Origin: Planctomycetota bacterium
GTDB lineage: Bacteria > Planctomycetota > PUPC01 > JABMSA01 > JAUWKK01
Length of the DNA: 32,597 nt
Direction of reading: 5' to 3'
NCBI GenBank assembly: GCA_030614245.1
Contig: JAUWKK010000002.1
Span: 1-32,597 of the forward strand
Under the pieces are notes generated by a model, which worked only from the letters and a program-made list of their open reading frames with translations, was not told the DNA's origin and made no database searches. Positions 26,594-32,597 of the stretch are shown in pieces. Each line of letters opens with the position of its first letter. The first letter of the stretch is position 1. The position numbers were made by a program, and so were the translations under genes.

Positions 26594-27052
26594 CTAGGCG
26601 GTCGATGCGGCACCGGCGCCACCATCGCAGTCGGCGCGCCCCGTGCCCCCCCCTTCTTCGGCCGAATCTTTTTCGCTCTCTGCTTCTTCTCGTTTTTGCG
26701 CATCTAATGCTACTCCTATGTCATGCCAGGCGCGGTCGATACCCGCCTGAACGATGCCCCGTTGTTCATCCTCCAGCTCGACTATCGCCTCCATCCCTCC
26801 AATCTGCTCCCCGTGGAACTCCGCCGCTTGTTTGCAGGATTGCTTCTTGAGGTTTTCCAGACTCGCCTGCACGTTCCCCTCACGGGCAGCGAGCAGTACC
26901 AGCTCTTTCTCAAGCAGGATGATGGACTGCAGGCTTTGAATCTGCTCCCCATAGAACTTCGCCGCTTTTATGCAGGATTGCTTCCTGAGCTCTTCCTGCT
27001 GAATCCAGACTTTCATCTCCGCCACGTAGGTCTCGGTCTCCGCTTTCGTCAT
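26594..27052 (-). CDS. hypothetical coiled-coil protein with internal duplication
   Basis: AAGGAG SD. LRKQSCIKAAKFYGEQI / LKKQSCKQAAEFHGEQI repeat. Confidence 0.65.
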   Translation of the reverse strand: MTKAETETYVAEMKVWIQQEELRKQSCIKAAKFYGEQIQSLQSIILLEKELVLLAAREGNVQASLENLKKQSCKQAAEFHGEQIGGMEAIVELEDEQRGIVQAGIDRAWHDIGVALDAQKREEAESEKDSAEEGGGTGRADCDGGAGAASTA

Positions 27053-27093
27053 CGGCATCTCCTTACAGTATCGCCGGCGCCGAGGCCAGCGAG

Positions 27094-29184
27094 CTAGTAC
27101 TCCGTCGTTATGTCCTTGGGCACGATTACCCGCCCAGCCCGCCTGGCGAGACGCGATCCCCGCGGCCCGCCCGGTTCTACCCATCCCCTCGGCTGTTTGC
27201 TGGCCGCCGCGGAGGCAGCGGCCACCTGCAACTTTTCGGCCTCGACCTCGAGAACCGTCATCATGGCCCCGCCCAGAGAATAGCAGGCACAGTCCCAGAC
27301 GTGGTAGCTCCCCTTTTCCACCCATACCCGCTTTTCCCTGCCTTTCACCATCGTTACCTCGCGCTTCGCGCGCATGAAGTGTGCGAATATCCATCCCTGA
27401 TTGCCGGGGCCTTTGCCGCGACCAGACCTGTCGCTGTTCGCCGCGTCCCGGGGGAAGTAATGATAGCCCGGACTCCCGGCTTCCCGAAATAGGCGGAACA
27501 GCACCTCGTCCTTGATGCGATCCACATCGAAGAACCACAATATCGAGTTATCGGGTTGCCTTCGGGCCTGCACCATATCCGGCGCGCCATCGATGAGCTG
27601 CAGTTGTTTGCCCGATGCCTTCATCTTGTTGAGCTGGCCTTCGGAGCGCCCGACGAGAGCATGCACCGCCCCACCCTGTTCTTTGCACCAGGTTCGTACC
27701 GTGTGGCCGAGAATGCCCTCGTGCTTGTAGCCAGTGTCGATCCATATCGATACGCAGTTGTAGATCGCCATTTGGGCCCGCACGGCGTCCAGAGCACGTC
27801 GCACGTCAGCTTTGGTCGGATCGCGCTCCAGACCCTCAGGGATGATCTCTTGCACGCCATAGTGCAACGTCCGGCGTGTCAGTGCCGCGTTGTAGCCATC
27901 GATGAGCCAGTATAGATTGATCTTCTGCACGTCGACCGCTCCCACGCAGAAATCCACGCCCTCGGGCAGGTCGCCCCCATCACCCAAGGGATCGAACCGG
28001 TAATCCGCAGCGTGTCTGGCGAGCAGGGCGTATGTAAGCGGCACTCCCTGCACATCGTCTTTCCACGGGATCGCCCAAGTGAACTGGCAGAGGGCTTTCT
28101 CTGCCGAGGTGCCCTCGGTTCTCTCGCCCGCCCATTCTTCTTCGGCGATGTCCGCCATCTTGCGCATCGTGCTATGCAGGGCATTCCAGCGGAAGCCGAA
28201 GGTACGCGTGGGCGGCGACGGGCCCACCACCTCGCCGTCGGGTTCCACGTGTTGGCCCCGGTGGACGATGCGAGGGTTGACTAAGGCGTTGCGCCGATCC
28301 AACTCACACCACACCGTGCCGCAATCAGCGCAGGCGTATGCACCACTAGCACGCGCCGCGAATTCATTTTCGGCATCCTCCCAGCCCCCGAACTGCTCCC
28401 GTTCGGGGCATTGCCAGGTACCGCAATGCGGGCATGCTACCATCACACGAGAATCCGAGCCGTTCTTGATCTCGGTATACACCCGACCCTTCTCTATGGA
28501 CATGGTACATTCGCCATAGAACACGGCGTCCTCGCTGAACGAGGCGGATCGGGCTTCAAATTGCTTGACCGGATCGGTCTCGCGAGAGACCGCGCCCGGC
28601 TGATCCATCTTATCCAGCTCCGTAGCTAATATGACCCGGGCCGTGTAGGAGGATCGCTGGGCATCGCTGCCGCCCGCGCCCATGAACCGCACCCTCGCGT
28701 CGTTCAGCAGCAGCAGCGATTTCGCCTTGCCGCCCCGACTGCCCGTCCCCGTCTCGGGCAGCAGATGCTTGTATCGGGTCATTTCCAGCGCCGGCAGTAT
28801 CCGCTCGATCCACACGGACTGCGCCAGCTCGATCACCGGCGCGCAGATTATGATATCCTCGGCCACCTCGAAGAGGTGATACGCGGCCGGGATCACGAGA
28901 AAGATGAAGGTCTTGCCGCCCTGCACTGGCCCGCTGCCGATGAACCGGCGAAAGACCCCGCCGTCCATAATCTGCAGCACCTGGCGCGTCCAGGGCATAA
29001 ATGACGTCTTGAACCGCAGGCCCCGCCTCGGCCCGGTGGGCAGGATCATCTCGGTCTCGGCGAACTCCAGGCGCGAACGCAACTTCCGCGGGCTGATGGC
29101 CCTGTAGAACGCCGTGATCGGCGCCAGCCAGTCCATCGCGGCACCTTGTTTAGCGGCCTTAGATAGTTGCGTCCGCTTCACCAT
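27094..29184 (-). CDS. terminase large subunit, lambda GpA family
   Basis: Walker A GPVQGGKT, Walker B VILATELD, CPHCG/CADCG Zn site, nuclease motifs GAVDVQ, IDTGY, HVWDC. Confidence 0.93.
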   Translation of the reverse strand: MVKRTQLSKAAKQGAAMDWLAPITAFYRAISPRKLRSRLEFAETEMILPTGPRRGLRFKTSFMPWTRQVLQIMDGGVFRRFIGSGPVQGGKTFIFLVIPAAYHLFEVAEDIIICAPVIELAQSVWIERILPALEMTRYKHLLPETGTGSRGGKAKSLLLLNDARVRFMGAGGSDAQRSSYTARVILATELDKMDQPGAVSRETDPVKQFEARSASFSEDAVFYGECTMSIEKGRVYTEIKNGSDSRVMVACPHCGTWQCPEREQFGGWEDAENEFAARASGAYACADCGTVWCELDRRNALVNPRIVHRGQHVEPDGEVVGPSPPTRTFGFRWNALHSTMRKMADIAEEEWAGERTEGTSAEKALCQFTWAIPWKDDVQGVPLTYALLARHAADYRFDPLGDGGDLPEGVDFCVGAVDVQKINLYWLIDGYNAALTRRTLHYGVQEIIPEGLERDPTKADVRRALDAVRAQMAIYNCVSIWIDTGYKHEGILGHTVRTWCKEQGGAVHALVGRSEGQLNKMKASGKQLQLIDGAPDMVQARRQPDNSILWFFDVDRIKDEVLFRLFREAGSPGYHYFPRDAANSDRSGRGKGPGNQGWIFAHFMRAKREVTMVKGREKRVWVEKGSYHVWDCACYSLGGAMMTVLEVEAEKLQVAAASAAASKQPRGWVEPGGPRGSRLARRAGRVIVPKDITTEY

Positions 29185-29210
29185 CAGATGCTTTCCTTCC
29201 CGCGAATCAT

Positions 29211-30002
29211 CTACATTCCCAACTCCCGGACGACCTCGTTGATCGCGTCCCTGATGGCCTCGCCAACATCCGCACCGTGCTCTCGCGCGATGCCTTCGAA
29301 TGCCGTGCGCAGTCTGTGGCCGGCCACGCGGAATTGCGACGTTATCTCGAGGGCGTTAACCAACTCGCCGGATTCCCGATCAAGCTCGATGCGCATCAGC
29401 TGCGACCGCAGGTCTTTAATCTCCCGTTCGAAGAAGGCTATCGATTCCGGTCTCGGATCGGCGGCCTTCTTCAGCCGCTTGTCCATGTACTCCCGGAGGT
29501 ATGCGCACAACGAGCGGAGGTCGATACGCGCCTTACCACCCGCTTCGATCTTGCCGGCCCGCCGCATTTCCTTCACGTTGCGTTCCGTGCAGCCCAGGAG
29601 TTCAGCGGCCAAGCTCAGCGTTACGTCTGGCACATCCTTCGGGCCCTGCAGGCTCTGCCACTCGCGGAGCTGCCGGTACTCGCTGATGGTCAGGCTGTGC
29701 GCGTTTTTCCGGTACTTGGCGAGCAGCTGCCCGAGCGATGGTTCAAATACATTGCCAAAGACATCCTTCGCCGGCGGCTTCTCGCCGGCGGGTGCGGGCT
29801 CCGGTTGGCGCGGTTCAGCTCTTGCAGCAGCTTTTCGGCGGGGCTCTGGGCGACGGCTTCGAGCCGCCTTTTTCCGCACTCGCTTCTTCGCTGATGGCTT
29901 TTTGCTCCCGGACTTCGACGGACCTTTTACCCCCGCCTTTTTCCGCCTCGCTGGCGCCGGGGCCAGTGATACTCTCTTCCGCGTCGCCTTAGCCACATTC
30001 AA
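29211..30002 (-). CDS. terminase small subunit (Nu1-like) with long Lys/Arg/Ala-rich N-terminus
   Basis: HTH LAAELLGCTERNV, later IELDRESGELV. Directly upstream of TerL. Confidence 0.75.
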   Translation of the reverse strand: MNVAKATRKRVSLAPAPARRKKAGVKGPSKSGSKKPSAKKRVRKKAARSRRPEPRRKAAARAEPRQPEPAPAGEKPPAKDVFGNVFEPSLGQLLAKYRKNAHSLTISEYRQLREWQSLQGPKDVPDVTLSLAAELLGCTERNVKEMRRAGKIEAGGKARIDLRSLCAYLREYMDKRLKKAADPRPESIAFFEREIKDLRSQLMRIELDRESGELVNALEITSQFRVAGHRLRTAFEGIAREHGADVGEAIRDAINEVVRELGM

Positions 30003-30296
30003 TTGCCCTCATGCGGCATCCGCACTTTCATCAATGGTACATAATATCGACAGCCGCTGCAACTCACAGCCAGCCGGGGCCCACAGAAGAGGATGCCGCA
30101 TGGTGGTGTGCCCCATTCCGGTTTCCATGCGCATCCGGCAGGCTGGTTTGCCCGCTGTCGGGGCGCACGTGGTCGCCTCATTCTGGGCGCCGCGCAGGCT
30201 GTTCTGCCCTCCGCCGGCCACATTACGAGAGGCTTCGGGGAGATCCATCTAGCAGCCGCCCCAGTCCTATCATTTGGATGCCCTCCGCAAAAACCC

Positions 30297-30325
30297 TTGA
30301 CTGCTAATATCGGAGTCTCGATAAT
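30297..30325 (+). promoter_or_regulatory. sigma70 promoter for DUF523 gene
   Basis: TTGACT-N17-GATAAT. Shares AAAAACCCTTGA with the 6862-6890 promoter. Confidence 0.6.
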
Positions 30326-30372
30326 TCCGATAGAATGTTATAGCTATGGCACACTTGTTAGGATGTGTTCCG

Positions 30373-30729
30373 ATGTCGGCCATCATCGTTTCAGCGTGTT
30401 TATTAGGCGTACCCTGCCGCTGGCATGGCCGCGCCGTCAGCCCGTCCAGCGTTTTGCGGAGATTCCGTCTGGCACATCCCGATATCCGGCTCATCGCCGT
30501 CTGCCCGGAAGAGATCGGCGGATTGCCGACGCCCAGGCCGCCGGTAAAGCGGCGACGCGGCCGTGTATTCGAGACCTGTGCCGAGAAGCCAAATCGGCGT
30601 GATGTTACCGGACGCGATGTCACTGATGCTTTCCGGGCGGGAGCCGCCGGCACGCTTGCTATTGCCCGCGAGAATGGCTGCCATGCCGCCATTCTTTGTA
30701 AGTGGAGCCCGTCTTGCGATCTAATATGA
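30373..30729 (+). CDS. DUF523/YbbK (2-thiouracil desulfidase-like) protein, probably C-terminally truncated
   Basis: VSACLLGVPCRWHG, VCPEEIGGLPTPRPP, GRDVTDAFRAGA, SPSC. Stops three residues after SPSC. Confidence 0.85.
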   Translation: MSAIIVSACLLGVPCRWHGRAVSPSSVLRRFRLAHPDIRLIAVCPEEIGGLPTPRPPVKRRRGRVFETCAEKPNRRDVTGRDVTDAFRAGAAGTLAIARENGCHAAILCKWSPSCDLI

Positions 30730-31159
30730 TTCTGCCCGCGGGATTGTCAAGCCGGAAGCCGGCACCTGGTCCTCGACTACCTCGCCGTATGCTTCACCCA
30801 GCAACTCGGTCAGTGCATCCTCATCGAACCCGAGCAGCTCGATGTCGAAGTCCAATTCCTGCAACTCGCCGATCTCCAGCTTCAGCAGCGCCTCATCCCA
30901 ACCCGCGTTCGCAGCCAGCTTGTTGTCCGAGATTATCACCGCACGCTGCCATCACCCGGCCGTGGCCCGCGATGATGCCCCCTTCCGGGTCAATCAACAC
31001 CGGGTTCGTCCAGCCGAATTCCCGGATGCTGGCGACGATCTGAGCCACCTGCTCTTCGCTATGTGTCCGGGCGTTCCCAGCGTAGGGTTCCAGCACGTCC
31101 ACCGAACGATATATCACGCTCAGCTTTTTGCCGGCGACTTTCTTTTTCCTTTTCGACAT
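30721..31159 (-). pseudogene. ParB/Srx N-terminal part of a ParB-methyltransferase, internal frameshifting deletion and 3' truncation
   Basis: LEPYAGNARTHSEEQVAQIVASIREFGWTNPVLID...IIAGHGRVMAA jumps frame to RAVIISDNKLAANAGWDEALL and ends soon after VEDQVP. Confidence 0.85.
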
Positions 31160-32439
31160 ATCGGCTTCTGTCTCTTTGCCTTCTGTCCTGTCATCATCTG
31201 CCATCGGTCCACGATCACATCGCAATACCTCGGCTCGATCTCCATCCCATAGCAAACACGCCCGAGCTGCTCGGCGGCGATCAGCGTCGTGCCCGAGCCG
31301 AGGAAGGGGTCGTAGACGAGTTCGCCGGGCTTTGTGCTGTCGCCCATCTGCTCTGCTACCAACTCCATCGGCTTGATTGTTGGGTGCGCTTCGCTTTGCG
31401 TAGGGCGCTTGTATTCGAAGATGGTGTCGCGTGTCCTCTCCTTTGTGAAGTAGTGACCGGCACCCGGAGTCCAACCATAGAAGATCGGCTCGTGCCTGTA
31501 GTGATAGTCACTACGCCCCATCACGAAACTACTCTTCACCCATATCAATGAACGACGCCATATCTTCAAGTCGATGAGCACGGCACCAAAGACGTTATGT
31601 AGCGGCCCCGGCGGGGCCGCTACATACCACGCGGCTCCCTTCTCGCAGACCGCCACTGCAAGCGTGAACGCATTGGTCAGCAACGATTGCAGACCAACCT
31701 CGTCCAGGTTGTCTCCGGCGACCTCCATTCCGCCCATTCGCTTTCGTTCGGCGGGGCTGTATTGATGGCTGAACCCATCAACATACCCAACTCCGTACGG
31801 CGGATCAGTCCAAACCAATCGAGCCTTCTCGCCCGCCATTAGCATCGCAACGTCTTCCTTCTTCGTGCTGTCTCCGCACATCACGCGGTGCGGTCCCATC
31901 GTAATCAGATCGCCGGTTTTCGTCCTGGCCTTCTTCGGGGGCTGTGGCACCGCGTCCTCTTCCACCTCCGGCTCATCGACCGGGAAGTCCACCAGCAGCA
32001 GATCGAGGTTCAGTCGCTCGAATTGTTCCGGGTCGATATCCTGGAGGCCGTCCAGCAGCCCGGTCACGTCGATCGTGAAGTCGCCCGCGATGTGCGAATT
32101 GTTCGCCGTGAGGTTCGCCGCCTGCTCCGTCGCCAGGTCCCAGTCCACCACCCGCACATCGAACCGGTCACCCCCACACACCACATAGACTTTGCCTTGC
32201 CTCTTGTGGAACTTGCCCCCTGCCGCCTGCAACTGTGCCACGCGCTGATGCCCGCAGACCAGATTCCCGGTCTGAGAGTTCCAAACGATGCCGCTTATGT
32301 CCCCAAACTCGACCAGACTGTGGCGGAGGCCCTCCGCGGCTTCTTGTGTGATATCCCGCGGGTTGTAATGCGCGGGCCGCAAGTCGTCGAACGACCCCGG
32401 TATTTTGGGGTATGTTGTCATTTTTTTCCGCCGCGCCAT
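31120..32439 (-). CDS. ParB-like domain + N6/N4 DNA methyltransferase (beta class)
   Basis: YNPR.I, GHQRV, HRVMCGDST, TDPPY, HPTIKP, DPFLGSGTT, EIEPRYCDVIV.RW. Confidence 0.93.
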   Translation of the reverse strand: MARRKKMTTYPKIPGSFDDLRPAHYNPRDITQEAAEGLRHSLVEFGDISGIVWNSQTGNLVCGHQRVAQLQAAGGKFHKRQGKVYVVCGGDRFDVRVVDWDLATEQAANLTANNSHIAGDFTIDVTGLLDGLQDIDPEQFERLNLDLLLVDFPVDEPEVEEDAVPQPPKKARTKTGDLITMGPHRVMCGDSTKKEDVAMLMAGEKARLVWTDPPYGVGYVDGFSHQYSPAERKRMGGMEVAGDNLDEVGLQSLLTNAFTLAVAVCEKGAAWYVAAPPGPLHNVFGAVLIDLKIWRRSLIWVKSSFVMGRSDYHYRHEPIFYGWTPGAGHYFTKERTRDTIFEYKRPTQSEAHPTIKPMELVAEQMGDSTKPGELVYDPFLGSGTTLIAAEQLGRVCYGMEIEPRYCDVIVDRWQMMTGQKAKRQKPICRKGKRKSPAKS

Positions 32440-32597
32440 GCTTTGCGCCTCCGGGCCGTTTACATCCTAACTCTATGCTCTGGCCTGCTTTACGCATGAA
32501 TTCCTTATCATGCGATAAGCGTCAAAAGCGTTTGGGATACAACATAGTCCTTTTTTTCGCCTTAGTGCGTAAAAATGCCGACATATGCGTCGCTGAC

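Noticed and set aside
30003-30296. cos site or 79-aa ORF upstream of TerS
   Set aside because: The position would fit a lambda-like cos, but I see no convincing symmetric cosN or repeated TerS-binding sites, and the ORF has no recognisable features.

Overview
About 32.6 kb of a GC-rich, lambda-like siphophage or prophage genome, with nearly all genes on the minus strand. Reading from the right end leftwards: ParB-DNA methyltransferase, a decayed second ParB-MTase, a truncated plus-strand DUF523, TerS (Nu1-like), TerL (GpA family), an Ogr/Delta-like Zn-finger protein, a stand-alone tRNA(CAT) unit, gpW-like protein, lambda-type portal, protease/scaffold, DUF2190 decoration protein, major capsid, neck/tail genes including a -1 frameshifted tail chaperone, tape measure, tail-tip proteins, a degenerate GT32 glycosyltransferase, a u-spanin-like lipoprotein and a terminator. 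A strong promoter then drives an XRE-HTH module, followed by a second promoter and an early operon (RNAP alpha-CTD homologue, Zn-finger proteins, DUF2695, DUF4031, PAPS-reductase-like protein). The operon ends in an HTH replication-initiator gene with internal iterons that is missing from the ORF track and runs into a poly-C artefact at the contig end. No integrase or endolysin is recognisable in the window. The strongest unexplained signal is a 121-nt element present twice in the early operon; its differences are mostly compensatory or G-U preserving on the transcribed strand, making it a candidate new cis-regulatory structured RNA. All family assignments come from motif recognition by eye, not database searches.
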